A stretch of 64,000 nt of DNA, from assembly GCA_035261845.1 (NCBI GenBank), contig DATFTN010000197.1:17923-81922 (forward strand), given 5' to 3'. Origin of the DNA: Myxococcales bacterium (GTDB lineage: Bacteria > Myxococcota > Myxococcia > Myxococcales > 40CM-4-68-19). The notes beneath the pieces were generated by a model that was not told where the DNA came from, searched no databases, and worked only from the letters and a program-made list of their open reading frames with translations. Below, piece after piece: positions 26,256-36,028 of the stretch. The first letter of the stretch is position 1. The number at the start of each line of letters is the position of its first letter. A program made the translations under genes and the position numbers.

Positions 26256-27136
26256 GCGCCGCGCCGCCCAAGGAGAAGTTCTCCGCCCTCTTGCTGGAGG
26301 GGCTCGACCACTACCGCAAGGGCCGCATGATGGAGGCCGTGCGCGCCTGGGAAGAGGCGTACATGCTGGAGCCTTCCAACCTGCGCGCGCGCGAATTCCT
26401 GCGCAGCGCGCTGGAGCGGATCCATGCACACATGGCTCCGCCGGCGGCCCCGCAGCAGGCGGCGCATCCCTGGCTCCCCCTACCCGCCACGCAGCAACAG
26501 ATCCCGACGGACTCCGCCCGCAAGGCGGGCGCAAAGATCCCTTCCGATCCCCCTCCGTCGAAGAGGAAGGCCAAGGCGCCGCCGCAGGACAGCCCGTGGG
26601 ACGACGGTCCCTCCATGGCCATCCAGCAGGACACGCCGCCTCCCGGCGCGGAGGCCGAGGCGGGCGGCGCGTGGACCATCCACCAGGACCCGATGCCGCT
26701 GCCTCCCGCGGAGGACGAGGAGCTGTCGGCCTGGACCGCCGGAGCGCGCGAGCTGGTGGCGCTGAACGACTTCTCCGGCGCGCTGGAGCTCTTGGGGAAG
26801 ATCCTCGCCCGCAAGCCCCAGGACGAAGAGGCGCAGAAGCTCCACGCGACGTGCGAGGAGAACCTCACCCAGATGTACGAGAGCAAGATGGGCGCGATGG
26901 ACCGCATTCCCCGCGTCGTCCTGCCACCGGACGAGATCATCTGGCTGAACCTCGATCCCCGCGCCGGCTTCGTCCTGGCGCAGATCGACGGCGCGGTCAC
27001 CTTCGAAGATCTCTACGCGATCTGCGGCCTGCACCGCCTCGACACCGCCCGAATCCTCTCGCAGCTCCTGGAGGAGGGCGTGGTGTCGGTGGAAGGCAAG
27101 GCAGCCAAGGCCAAGCGCGCCTCACCGCGCGGATGA
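26252..27136 (+). CDS. Hypothetical protein: N-terminal TPR-like helix pair, Pro-rich linker, conserved-looking C-terminal domain
   Basis: Tail of shadow ORF 24629..27136. The GTG at 26252 overlaps the Hsp70 TGA as GTGA. Sequence: [37 protein letters not shown]...[32 protein letters not shown]. Confidence 0.65.
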   Translation: MSAAPPKEKFSALLLEGLDHYRKGRMMEAVRAWEEAYMLEPSNLRAREFLRSALERIHAHMAPPAAPQQAAHPWLPLPATQQQIPTDSARKAGAKIPSDPPPSKRKAKAPPQDSPWDDGPSMAIQQDTPPPGAEAEAGGAWTIHQDPMPLPPAEDEELSAWTAGARELVALNDFSGALELLGKILARKPQDEEAQKLHATCEENLTQMYESKMGAMDRIPRVVLPPDEIIWLNLDPRAGFVLAQIDGAVTFEDLYAICGLHRLDTARILSQLLEEGVVSVEGKAAKAKRASPRG

Positions 27137-27217
27137 GCCGGCGATCCGCCAGGTTGGCTCTCCGAGGGCACGGGTGCGTTTCGCGGCGAGCGCAGCGGCA
27201 AGCTGCAGGGTGTCGGA

Positions 27218-27472
27218 GTGGCGAGCGGCATTGCGGACCCGATGGCGCGCCGCAAGCAGGCGGACGCCGCCGCGCGGGAGAAACTCCAACCCAGCGTGGA
27301 CGCGCTGGCGCAAGCACTCTCGAAAATGGCCGAATCGGGACAGGCCAGCACCGTGGTCGCGATCGCGCACAAGGCTGCGGCTCAGGTGTACCCGATCCGC
27401 GATCACTTTGTGACGGCCCACGGGGACGAGCTCGCAGTCGCGGTCCTTGAGATCGACGAGTTCTGCAACTGA
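27218..27472 (+). CDS. Possible small hypothetical protein (84 aa, or 76 aa from the ATG at 27242)
   Basis: Track ORF. Third positions are mostly G/C and the composition looks natural (…VDALAQALSKMAESGQ…), but there is no clear RBS. Confidence 0.3.
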   Translation: MASGIADPMARRKQADAAAREKLQPSVDALAQALSKMAESGQASTVVAIAHKAAAQVYPIRDHFVTAHGDELAVAVLEIDEFCN

Positions 27473-27516
27473 CCGATGTGATCCGCTCCGCGATCGTGAA
27501 ACTGTGCCGATTCAAG

Positions 27517-28140
27517 ATGAGTGCTGCGCGCCAGCTCGAAATGAAATTGCCCACCCACGGAGGGAAGCGGAAGCGCGCTGGCCGCAAACCGACGGGTACG
27601 CGGGCGGGGGTGTCCCACGGATCGCGACCGCGCCTCTCGCCGCACCACCCGGTGCACGTCACGTGGCGCATGATGCCCCACGTCTGGAATTTGCGAAGCC
27701 GGCGGAGCTTCCGCGTGCTGTCGCGGGCGTTCGCCGGCGGATGCGATCGGCACGGGTTCCGGCTCGTCCACTACTCCGTCCAGGGAAACCATCTTCATCT
27801 CGTGGTCGAAGCGCCGGACGAGTCGAGCCTCGCGCGTGGGCTGCAGGGGCTCGCGGTGCGTATCGCGCGCGGGTTGAACCGGATGATGGGGCGCAAGGGG
27901 AAGGTGTTTGCGGACCGGTACCACGGGCACGTGCTGCGGACGCCGTCCGAGGTGGCGCGCTCCGTCGCGTACGTCCTCGGGAACTTCTTCGTACATACGA
28001 TGCGGCGAGGCGAGCGGATCGACGACGCGGAACCTGACGAGTACAGCTCCGCGATTGTCGTGGAGACCGGGCCGCCGCTGGTCGCTGCGGCGCGCACTTG
28101 GCTGCTCATGGTCGGATGGAGACGGGCCCGCGTTCCATAG
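27517..28140 (+). CDS. IS200/IS605-like Y1 (HUH) transposase family protein, RayT-like
   Basis: Track ORF 27478..28140; the start is uncertain (27478 or 27517). The HUH motif is seen as QGNHLHLVVEA. A catalytic Tyr context is present (SVAYVLGNFFVH), and the N-terminus is basic (GGKRKRAGRKP). Confidence 0.75.
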   Translation: MSAARQLEMKLPTHGGKRKRAGRKPTGTRAGVSHGSRPRLSPHHPVHVTWRMMPHVWNLRSRRSFRVLSRAFAGGCDRHGFRLVHYSVQGNHLHLVVEAPDESSLARGLQGLAVRIARGLNRMMGRKGKVFADRYHGHVLRTPSEVARSVAYVLGNFFVHTMRRGERIDDAEPDEYSSAIVVETGPPLVAAARTWLLMVGWRRARVP

Positions 28141-28160
28141 CGGCGGCGTAAGATGCTCCG

Positions 28161-29516
28161 CTACAGGATGTAGCGCGACAGGTCTTCGTCCTGCAGGACC
28201 TTGTCCAGCTTCTCCCGCACGTACGCCGCGTCGACCCGGATCGCGCGGCCGCGCAGCGATTCGGCCTGGAAGCTGACGTCCTCCAACACCTTCTCCACCA
28301 CGGTGTGCAGGCGGCGGGCGCCGATGTTCTGCGCCCGGTCGTTCATCACCTGGGCGACGCGCGCCAGCTCCTGGACGCCGCTCTCGTCGAAGGTGAGGTC
28401 GACCCCCTCGGTGGCGAGGAGCGCAGCGTACTGGCGGGTGATGGCGTTCTTGGGCTGGGTCAGGATCCGCACCAGGTCGGCCTGGGTGAGCGGCTCCAGC
28501 TCGACGCGGATGGGAAAGCGCCCCTGCAGCTCGGGCAACAGGTCGCTCACCTTCGCGACGTGGAACGCGCCCGCCGCGATGAACAGCACGTGGTCGGTCT
28601 TCACCGGCCCGTACTTGGTGTTCACGGTCGAGCCCTCGACCAGCGGCAACAGGTCGCGCTGGACGCCGCCCCGGGACACGTCCGGGCCGTGCTGGCCGCC
28701 GATCCCGCCGGGCCCGGCGACCTTGTCGATCTCGTCGATGAACACGATGCCGCTCGACTGCACCCGCTCGAGCGCCTCGCGCACCACCGCGTCGTTGTCG
28801 ACCAGCTTCTCCGCTTCCTGCTGCTCGAGCAGCCGGCGCGCCTCCGGGACCCGCAGCTTGCGCTTCTTCGTCTTCTTCCCGAACGGCAGGTTGCCCAGCA
28901 TCTCCTGCAGGTTGATGCCCATCTCCTCCATGCCTTGGGCGCCGAAGATCTGCATGTTGCCTTGGGGCCGCTCCTGGACGTCCACCTCCACCATCCGGTC
29001 GTCCAGTCCGCCGGCGCGCAGCATCCCGCGCAGCTTCTCCCGGGTGCCGCTGCGGTCGTTGGTAGCGAACCCCGCGGTGCCTTGCTGCGCGCTCTGCGGA
29101 AGCAGCAGGTCGAGCAGGCGATCCTCCACCATCTCCTCCGCCCGCCCCTGCACGGCGCGCTGCTGCTCCTCGCGCACCAGCTGCACTCCCTGCTCCATCA
29201 GGTCCCGCACCATCGAGTCGACGTCGCGGCCGACGTAGCCCACCTCGGTGAACTTGGACGCCTCCACCTTGACGAAGGGCGCCTGCGCGAGGCGCGCCAG
29301 GCGGCGGGCGATCTCCGTCTTTCCCACGCCCGTCGGTCCGACCAGGATGATGTTCTTCGGCATCACCTCGTCGCGCAGCTCGGGCGTGACGCGGAACCTT
29401 CGCCAGCGGTTGCGCAGCGCGATGGCCACCGCGCGCTTGGCCGCGTTCTGCCCGACGATGTACCGGTCGAGCTCCGAGACGATCTCGCTGGGGGTCAGGC
29501 TCCGCGGCTCCGCCAT
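28161..29516 (-). CDS. hslU: ATP-dependent protease ATPase subunit HslU
   Basis: Track ORF of 451 aa. Motifs seen: [41 protein letters not shown]. Confidence 0.95.
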   Translation of the reverse strand: MAEPRSLTPSEIVSELDRYIVGQNAAKRAVAIALRNRWRRFRVTPELRDEVMPKNIILVGPTGVGKTEIARRLARLAQAPFVKVEASKFTEVGYVGRDVDSMVRDLMEQGVQLVREEQQRAVQGRAEEMVEDRLLDLLLPQSAQQGTAGFATNDRSGTREKLRGMLRAGGLDDRMVEVDVQERPQGNMQIFGAQGMEEMGINLQEMLGNLPFGKKTKKRKLRVPEARRLLEQQEAEKLVDNDAVVREALERVQSSGIVFIDEIDKVAGPGGIGGQHGPDVSRGGVQRDLLPLVEGSTVNTKYGPVKTDHVLFIAAGAFHVAKVSDLLPELQGRFPIRVELEPLTQADLVRILTQPKNAITRQYAALLATEGVDLTFDESGVQELARVAQVMNDRAQNIGARRLHTVVEKVLEDVSFQAESLRGRAIRVDAAYVREKLDKVLQDEDLSRYIL

Positions 29517-29519
29517 CGG

Positions 29520-30050
29520 TCAGAGCTCCTCGAACGTGAGCTGATCGTTGGTGTAGATGCAGATGCGCGCCGCGGTGCGCAGCGCCTCTTCGCAGATCTG
29601 CCGGGCCGAGAGCGGGGAGTGCTTGAGCAGCGCGCTGGCCGCGGCCTGCGCGAACGGCCCGCCCGACCCGATGGCCGCGACGCCTTCGTCGGGCTCCACC
29701 ACGTCGCCGGTGCCGGAGAGGATCAGCGTGCGCTCCGCGTCGGCCACCACCAGGAGCGCCTCCAGCCGCCGCAGATATCGATCGGTCCGCCAGTCCTTGG
29801 CCAGCTCGACCGCCGCCCGCTGCAGGTTCTTCGCGTACTCCTTCAGCTTGCCCTCGAACTTCTCGAACAAGGTGAAGGCGTCGGCGGTGGCCCCCGCGAA
29901 GCCCGCCAGCACCTGGCCGTCGCCCAGGCGCCGCAGCTTCCTGGCGCCGTGCTTCAAGACCACCTTGTCCATCGTGACCTGACCGTCGGCGCCCATCGCG
30001 ACCTTGCCGTCGCGGCGGACGCAGACGACCGTGGTGGAGCGGACGCGCAC
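29520..30050 (-). CDS. hslV: ATP-dependent protease peptidase subunit HslV
   Basis: Track ORF 29520..30071 trimmed to the GTG at 30050, with GGAGG 6 nt upstream. This gives [15 protein letters not shown] (176 aa). The catalytic Thr is preceded by a short MRVRS extension. [11 protein letters not shown] is present. Confidence 0.9.
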   Translation of the reverse strand: MRVRSTTVVCVRRDGKVAMGADGQVTMDKVVLKHGARKLRRLGDGQVLAGFAGATADAFTLFEKFEGKLKEYAKNLQRAAVELAKDWRTDRYLRRLEALLVVADAERTLILSGTGDVVEPDEGVAAIGSGGPFAQAAASALLKHSPLSARQICEEALRTAARICIYTNDQLTFEEL

Positions 30051-30121
30051 ATCTACCTCCGAAAGGCGCACATGCTAACGCGCCGCGGGACGTTGCGCTC
30101 GTCTGCTATCCTGCAGCGGAC

Positions 30122-31240
30122 ATGCGCGACGTGGTGATCCTCTTCGGCGGTCCCTCCAGCGAACGCAAAGTTTCGGTGGCTTCGGCGCAGAACGTCGCCT
30201 CGGTGCTCGAGCAGGCGGAGGCCTGGTTCTGGGCACCGGATGGCGCCATCCACCGGGTGGAGCGCGCCGCCCTGCTCGGGCATGAGCGGGCGTTCGAGAA
30301 GGAATTCACGCCTGCCGGAGACCCCGCTTACCGCTCGTTGACGGAAGCGCTCGACGATCCGAGGTCGCTTGAGCTCACCTTCTTTCTCGCCCTGCACGGC
30401 ACGGGTGGCGAGGATGGCGCCGCGCAGAAGCTCTTCGAGGACCGCCGCATCGCCTTCACCGGCCCTGGCTCGGACGCCTCGGCGAAGGCATTCGACAAGG
30501 AATGGGCCAAGCAGCTCGCGACTGCCGCGGGCGTCCCGGTGGCCGAGTCGATGCATCTTCCCCGCGGCGACCAAGCGACGATCGGTAGCGCCCTGCTCGG
30601 CTTTCTCGGTCGACACGAGCGCATCGTGGCCAAGCCGGTCGCCAGCGGCTCCAGCGTCGGCCTGCACATCATCGGCAGCGTGGCCGATGCGCAGCGCGCA
30701 TCCGCCGCGATCGCCACCTCTCACGAAGAGTACCTGGTCGAGGCGTTCGTGAGCGGCACCGAGCTGACGGTGGCCGTGGTCGACGACGAGCGCGGTGTGC
30801 GCGCGCTGCCGGCCAGCGAGGTGCGCGTCGAGAAGGGACGAGCATTCGATTACGACGGCAAGTACCTGGGCAGGGGCATTCGGGAGATCACGCCCGCCGA
30901 GGTGCCGCCCAAGGTCTCGAAGGCAGCGCAGCGGGTCGCTCTCGCGGTGCACAAGGCGCTCGGCTGCGAGGGGTACTCACGCACCGACATCATCTGCAGC
31001 GCGAACGGCCCCGTGTTCCTCGAGATCAACACCCTCCCGGGCCTCACCCGCATGTCCTTCGTGCCGCAGCAGCTCGCCGCCGAAGGCACCTCCATGAAAT
31101 CCTTCCTCGAAGGCCAGATCGCGCTCGCCCGCCGCCGGCGCGACCGTCCCCAGGCGCAGACGATCGCGCCCGAAGTCGAGGAGGAAGCTGCGCCCAAGAT
31201 GAAGGTGGCGGTCCGGATCTCGGGCAAGAAGAGGACCTGA
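30122..31240 (+). CDS. ddl: D-alanine--D-alanine ligase family ATP-grasp enzyme
   Basis: Track ORF of 372 aa. Motifs seen: VVILFGGPSSERKVSVASA, LHGTGGEDG, EINTLPG. The C-terminal tail is basic. Confidence 0.8.
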   Translation: MRDVVILFGGPSSERKVSVASAQNVASVLEQAEAWFWAPDGAIHRVERAALLGHERAFEKEFTPAGDPAYRSLTEALDDPRSLELTFFLALHGTGGEDGAAQKLFEDRRIAFTGPGSDASAKAFDKEWAKQLATAAGVPVAESMHLPRGDQATIGSALLGFLGRHERIVAKPVASGSSVGLHIIGSVADAQRASAAIATSHEEYLVEAFVSGTELTVAVVDDERGVRALPASEVRVEKGRAFDYDGKYLGRGIREITPAEVPPKVSKAAQRVALAVHKALGCEGYSRTDIICSANGPVFLEINTLPGLTRMSFVPQQLAAEGTSMKSFLEGQIALARRRRDRPQAQTIAPEVEEEAAPKMKVAVRISGKKRT

Positions 31241-31241
31241 C

Positions 31242-32135
31242 TCAGCCCTGCCGCTTGGCGCGGGGGTGGGCGTCTTCGTAGATCTGGACCAGGTGCTCCG
31301 AAGAGACGTGGGTGTAGCGCTGCGTCGTCGACAATGAGGCGTGGCCGAGCAGCTCCTGGATGCCGCGGAGGTCGGCGCCCATGTCGAGCAGGTGGGTGGC
31401 GAAGCTGTGGCGCAGCGCGTGCGGGTGCACGTGCCGCTGCGTTCCGCAGATGAGCGCGTACCGGGCGAGGTGCCGGGCCACGCTGCGGGTGGTGAGCCGC
31501 CCGCCGCGGCGGTTGAGGAACAGCGCCGGCCCCGCACCCAGCTCGCCCCGCCGTGCCAGCCAGGCCTGCAGCGCCGCCTGCGCCTTCGCCACCAGCGGCA
31601 CCACCCGCTCCTTGCCGCCCTTTCCTCGGACGCGCACCGCCGTCGCCCCGTCCAGCAGGTCCGAAAGGTCCAGCCCCACCAGCTCGGAGACGCGCAATCC
31701 GGCGCCGTAGAGCAGCTCCAGCGCGCAGCGATCCCGCAGGCCCGAGGCGGTGCGCGCGCTGGGTGTTTCCAGCAGCGCGAACATGTCGTCCACCGAGACG
31801 ACGTTGGGGAGGGTCCGCCGGCGCCGCGGCGAGATCAGCCTGCGCGCCGGGCTGTCCGCCAGGTGACCCATCCGGACGCGGTGCTCGTAGTAGGCGCGCA
31901 GGCTGGCTTGCTTGCGCGCGAGCGTCGCCGGCTGATTCGCGCCGAATCTCGCCGCGAGGAAGGCGCGGAGGTCGTCGCGGCCTGCGCCGTCCAGCGACTT
32001 CCCCGACTCGCCCAGCCAGGCCGCCAGCTGCCGCAGATCGGACAGGTACGCGCGGCGCGTGTGCGGCGACGCGCGAGCGATGCGCGCCAGGTGCTCGGCG
32101 AAATCGGTCAGCTCCGGCGGATCCACCGCGCGCAT
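31242..32135 (-). CDS. xerC: Tyrosine recombinase XerC/XerD
   Basis: Track ORF of 297 aa. Motifs seen: LLYGAGLRVSE, HPHALRHSFATHLL, LLGHASLSTTQRYTH. Confidence 0.85.
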   Translation of the reverse strand: MRAVDPPELTDFAEHLARIARASPHTRRAYLSDLRQLAAWLGESGKSLDGAGRDDLRAFLAARFGANQPATLARKQASLRAYYEHRVRMGHLADSPARRLISPRRRRTLPNVVSVDDMFALLETPSARTASGLRDRCALELLYGAGLRVSELVGLDLSDLLDGATAVRVRGKGGKERVVPLVAKAQAALQAWLARRGELGAGPALFLNRRGGRLTTRSVARHLARYALICGTQRHVHPHALRHSFATHLLDMGADLRGIQELLGHASLSTTQRYTHVSSEHLVQIYEDAHPRAKRQG

Positions 32136-32163
32136 CCTGCCGCAGCTCGCGCCCCGATCAACT

Positions 32164-33780
32164 TCACGGAAGGTCGAGCAAGTACACTCCCGCCTGGCCC
32201 GCGCCCGCCATCGCGGCGTACACCATGCGCCGGCCGCGCGCGTCGACGAATCCGGAGCTCGGGTCGACCTCGGTTGCGAGCAGCTTCACCGCCGCGCCGG
32301 AGGGCGGCATCGCGCCTGCGTCCAGCACGGCCAGGTCCACCGCACGCGCCGCGCCGCGATGGGGCTTCTGTACCAACACGCGACCGGCATCCGCGGACAG
32401 CTCGAACCCGGCGACGTCCGCGGCGAGCAGCTGCGCAGCGCCCGAGCCGTCCGCGGGCGCCCGAAAGAGCGAGCAGCTCCGCGCACCCCCCGCGCAGCGC
32501 GCCTTCCAGAAGAGCTGCTTGCCGTCCGGAGTGAGCTGGTATCCGTAGACCCCGTCGTCCACCTTGCGCGCGGGAGCGGAGCCGTCCAGGGGCGCCGTCC
32601 ACAGCTCGATCTTGAAGTCGCCCTTCTGCGGCGCCTGCGCCAGGTACAGGAGGCGGTCTCCTTGGGCCGTGAAGCTCTGGGTCCGCTGGGCGATTTCGCG
32701 AGGAGGCTTCCCCGGCGCGGCTGCCGTCAGCGCTCCGGCTCGGGCCAGGGCGTCGTAGCGGGCGAGGAACACTAGATCTCCGCCCGGCGCGAAGCGGAAC
32801 TCGTTGACGCGCTCGCCGAGAGGCTCGGCGGCGCCTCCGGCCCGCGGCACGCGCGAGAGCGCGCCGAACGCTTCTCCAGGCTGCCGGTCGGTCGAGAGCA
32901 GCGCCACGTACCGATCGGAGACCGCGAAGGAAGTGGCGCGGCCGATCTCGCGCGGCTTGCCGTCGAACGTCGCCAGGACGCTGAGCGGGCGGTCGCCGCC
33001 CTTCGCTCCCGGGAGACCGAGCACGTACAGGGACCCATCGGCGCCGAAGGCGAAATCGGAGCTGGCTCTCGTCACCTCGCGCCGGCGGGCGGTCCGGACC
33101 TCCATCAGCTGCACGCGGCCGCCGATCGCGCCCGGCGCCCTGCCCGCGAGACGGTCAGCGCCCGGCGACCATGCGAAGCTCTGGACCTGATCGAGCGCCA
33201 GCGACGGCGACGCCGGCTCCTTCGATGCGTCGAGCACCATCAGCCTGCCGTGCGCAACGAACGCGACCAGCGACCCCGACGGAGCCCAGCCCATCGCCGA
33301 GACGCCGTTCGCCACCTTTCGCGCGGCGCCGGGCGGCCCTGCCAGCCACAGTTCCCCGTCGCCTACGCGAAACCGCCACCCGGCGAGGAAAGCGAGCCAC
33401 TCCCCGCCGGGCGAGAACGCCCGCGCTGCGGGGATCGTGGCTACGCCGCCACGGACGGGCTGCGCGGCCGAATCGCCGGAGGTGGAGGCAAGCATCAGCT
33501 CGCCGAGCAGAAGGTCCTCGGGCACCCCGCGGTCGTCGGGATGGTATGCCCCCTGGAGGAAGGCGACCATCCCGCCGCCCGGGGCGACGATCAGATCGCG
33601 TGCGAGGCCGGAGGCGAGCCTCCTTCCCTGCGGCGGCCCCTTGGTGCAAGCGGCGAGCGCTACGGCCGCGAGCGCTACGGCGGCGAGCGCGGCGCCGGCG
33701 CGGAGCGCGGCTCCCCGGAACGAAAAAAAATAATTTTTTTTTTGCCAGGCGGAGGCGCCGCCCCCTCCGGGGCTCCTCAC
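32164..33780 (-). CDS. Lipoprotein with TolB/WD40-like beta-propeller repeats
   Basis: C-terminal part of shadow ORF 32164..34545. The only in-frame start before the lipobox (LAAC) is the GTG at 33780, which overlaps the trmFO TGA as GTGA. Repeats of the type [18 protein letters not shown] and APGGDLVFL are present. Confidence 0.7.
   Translation of the reverse strand: MRSPGGGGASAWQKKNYFFSFRGAALRAGAALAAVALAAVALAACTKGPPQGRRLASGLARDLIVAPGGGMVAFLQGAYHPDDRGVPEDLLLGELMLASTSGDSAAQPVRGGVATIPAARAFSPGGEWLAFLAGWRFRVGDGELWLAGPPGAARKVANGVSAMGWAPSGSLVAFVAHGRLMVLDASKEPASPSLALDQVQSFAWSPGADRLAGRAPGAIGGRVQLMEVRTARRREVTRASSDFAFGADGSLYVLGLPGAKGGDRPLSVLATFDGKPREIGRATSFAVSDRYVALLSTDRQPGEAFGALSRVPRAGGAAEPLGERVNEFRFAPGGDLVFLARYDALARAGALTAAAPGKPPREIAQRTQSFTAQGDRLLYLAQAPQKGDFKIELWTAPLDGSAPARKVDDGVYGYQLTPDGKQLFWKARCAGGARSCSLFRAPADGSGAAQLLAADVAGFELSADAGRVLVQKPHRGAARAVDLAVLDAGAMPPSGAAVKLLATEVDPSSGFVDARGRRMVYAAMAGAGQAGVYLLDLP
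33723..33743 (-). repeat. Pure A/T tract A10-TTA-T8 (coding strand) inside the lipoprotein signal-peptide region
   Basis: The plus strand reads A8-T-AA-T10 at 33723-33743. On the coding strand it is CAA AAA AAA AAT TAT TTT TTT TCG, encoding QKKNYFFS. Confidence 0.95.
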
Positions 33781-35216
33781 CGCGGGGTCTCGCTGGACGG
33801 CGCTGGCCGCGGGGTGTCGGAGGGGGGCAGTAGAGTGCGAGCTGGTGGAGATGGCACCCCGGCCGTGCGAGTCGGGAGTGGCGGCTCCGGGGAGAGGAGG
33901 ATGCCGCCCGCGCGCGCCCACTCCGCGAGATCGCGGCGCGCGCGGGCGAGCAGGCGCGCCTTCCGCTCGTGCTTGCGGTGCGGCTCCTCGAGGGGAGGGA
34001 ACAGGGCGAACACCACGTTCGTCGGTTGATATTCGTACCCGGGAGGATGGGCCTCGCCGGTCACGTGGCGCAAGAGCGCGCCGAGCGCGGTGGTGCCCGG
34101 CGGCGGCGCGAACTGCTCTCCGCGCAGCCTCGCCAGCACGCGGCGGGCCGCGATGTGGCCCGAGGCGGCGCTCTCCACGTAGCCCTCCACCCCGGTGATC
34201 TGCCCCGCGCAGAAGACGTGCGGCCGGGCGCGCAAGCTCCCGTCCGGCGCCAGCGAGCGAGGCGCGTCGAGGAACGTGTTGCGGTGCACCTGCCCCAGGC
34301 GAATCCACTCCGCCGAGCGGAGCCCCGGGATGCAACCGGAGAAGATCCGCTTCTGCTCGGGCCAGGTCAGCCTGGTCTGGAAACCGACCAGGTTCCAGGC
34401 CGTCCCGGCGCGGTCCTCGCGGCGCAGCTGCACCACGGCGTGCGGCCTGCGCCCCGTCCGCGGGTCGACCAGCCCGACCGGCTTCATGGGCCCGAAGGCG
34501 AGCGACTCGCGCCCCCGCGCCGCCATCACCTCGATGGGCAGGCACCCCTCGAAATAGCGCGGCTCCTCGAAGGCGTGCGGCTCGACCTTGCCGCCCGCCA
34601 GCAGCTCGTCGACGAACCGCTCGTACTCCTCCCGCGAGAGCGGCAGGTTCAGGTAGTCGTCGCCTCCGCCCTTTCCGTAGCGCGACTGGCGGAAGGCGAC
34701 CGACTGATCGACCGAGTCGCCCGCCACGATGGGCGCGATGGCGTCGTAGAAGGCCAGCGCGGAGTCGCCGACGGCCTGGGCGAGCGACCTGGCCAGCCCC
34801 TCGCCCGTGAGCGGCCCGGTGGCGACGATGCAGATCTGGTCGGGCAGCGCCGTCGCCTCTTCCTTGCGCAGCTCGATGTTCGGATGACCCGCGATGCGCC
34901 GGGTGAGCGCCTCGCTGAAGGCCACGCGGTCCACCGCCAGCGCGTCGCCCGCGGGAACGCGGGCACGATCCGCCTCTTCCAGGACAGCCGACCCGAGCCG
35001 TCGCAGCTCTTCGTGCAAGAGCCCGATGGCGTTCTCGGGATTGTCGGAGCGCAGCGAGTTCGAGCAGACCAGCTCGGCCAGCGCGTCCGACTTGTGCGCG
35101 GGAGATCGCCGCACCGGCTTCTGCTCGACCAGCAAGACGCGCACGCCCGCCCCGGCGACGAGGAGCGAGGCCTCCGAGCCGGCCAGCCCGCCTCCGATGA
35201 CGATCACCTGCTGCAC
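33777..35216 (-). CDS. trmFO: Methylenetetrahydrofolate--tRNA-(uracil-5-)-methyltransferase TrmFO (Gid)
   Basis: Track ORF of 479 aa. Motifs seen: [43 protein letters not shown]. Confidence 0.9.
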   Translation of the reverse strand: MQQVIVIGGGLAGSEASLLVAGAGVRVLLVEQKPVRRSPAHKSDALAELVCSNSLRSDNPENAIGLLHEELRRLGSAVLEEADRARVPAGDALAVDRVAFSEALTRRIAGHPNIELRKEEATALPDQICIVATGPLTGEGLARSLAQAVGDSALAFYDAIAPIVAGDSVDQSVAFRQSRYGKGGGDDYLNLPLSREEYERFVDELLAGGKVEPHAFEEPRYFEGCLPIEVMAARGRESLAFGPMKPVGLVDPRTGRRPHAVVQLRREDRAGTAWNLVGFQTRLTWPEQKRIFSGCIPGLRSAEWIRLGQVHRNTFLDAPRSLAPDGSLRARPHVFCAGQITGVEGYVESAASGHIAARRVLARLRGEQFAPPPGTTALGALLRHVTGEAHPPGYEYQPTNVVFALFPPLEEPHRKHERKARLLARARRDLAEWARAGGILLSPEPPLPTRTAGVPSPPARTLLPPSDTPRPAPSSETPR

Positions 35217-35279
35217 GCCCCCTGCCTACACGCGACTCCGCCCACCCGCAACCTTAGACCGGCCGGCGCGGAATTTTGA

Positions 35280-35969
35280 TCAGTCGTCGACGCTGATTTC
35301 CGAGCCGCCCGAAGTGGCCACCCTGGTCCGGGCTCCGCCCCGGACGTGCATCTCCGAGCCGCCGGACAGGGACCCGCGCACCTTCCCGCTCGCGCGCAGC
35401 TCGGCCACGGACCCGCCGCTGCCCTGCACGGCGACGTCCTTCGCCTCGAACTGCTGCGCGTCGAAGTGCGAACCGCCCGAGAGCTGCAGCGCGAGGCGAT
35501 CCGCGCGACCCGACACGTCGAGAACGGCCCCGCCCGAGCCCTCCACCGCGAGCGTCTGCGCGTCCACTCCGCGGACGTGCACCTCGCTGCCACCGCTCCC
35601 CGAGATCGCGCTTTCCGTTCCGCGGGTGAATTCGGCGCGCACGACCGCGCCGCCGCTGCCGGCGACCGCATGCAGCTCCGGCGTCTGGATCGACACCGTC
35701 ACCTCGCCCGTGTTCCACAGGTGCGACCGCGGCTTGAAGCCCACGTGCAGCGTCCCGTCTTCGACCCGCGTCTCGATCGTCTCCAGGACGTCCTTGTCGG
35801 CTTCCAGGTGCACCGGCTTGCGCGCCCCCACCTTCACCGTCGCGCGGATGCCCGAGGCGACGTGCACCGAGTCGAACGCCGGCACCTCGCGGTCCTCGGA
35901 GGCCGCCAGCGCCCCGCACGCTGCGAAGAGAACCCCTGAAAGAACGGCCACCTGCGTTCGCATGCGCAC
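35280..35969 (-). CDS. DUF2807-like (GIN/head-domain) lipoprotein
   Basis: Track ORF of 229 aa. Signal/lipobox is VLSGVLFAAC. Repeated GSGGxxV strands are present (GSGGAVV, GSGGSEV, GSGGAVL, LSGGSHF, GSGGSVA). Confidence 0.7.
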   Translation of the reverse strand: MRMRTQVAVLSGVLFAACGALAASEDREVPAFDSVHVASGIRATVKVGARKPVHLEADKDVLETIETRVEDGTLHVGFKPRSHLWNTGEVTVSIQTPELHAVAGSGGAVVRAEFTRGTESAISGSGGSEVHVRGVDAQTLAVEGSGGAVLDVSGRADRLALQLSGGSHFDAQQFEAKDVAVQGSGGSVAELRASGKVRGSLSGGSEMHVRGGARTRVATSGGSEISVDD

Positions 35970-36028
35970 CTCCCGCCAGCCGCGGATCTACGCGGCCCCA
36001 CGGAGGTGAATTTCGAGGCCCTGCGGTT

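Noticed and set aside
31242-32135. Tyrosine recombinase as a marker of an integrated mobile element or prophage.
   Set aside because: It sits in the conserved topA-trmFO-xerC-hslVU housekeeping synteny. I saw no flanking direct repeats, tRNA or phage genes.
33654-33683. 15-bp period direct repeat (cgagcgctacgg...cgagcgctacgg).
   Set aside because: It simply encodes the duplicated [10 protein letters not shown] hydrophobic core of the lipoprotein signal peptide. It is too short to interpret further.
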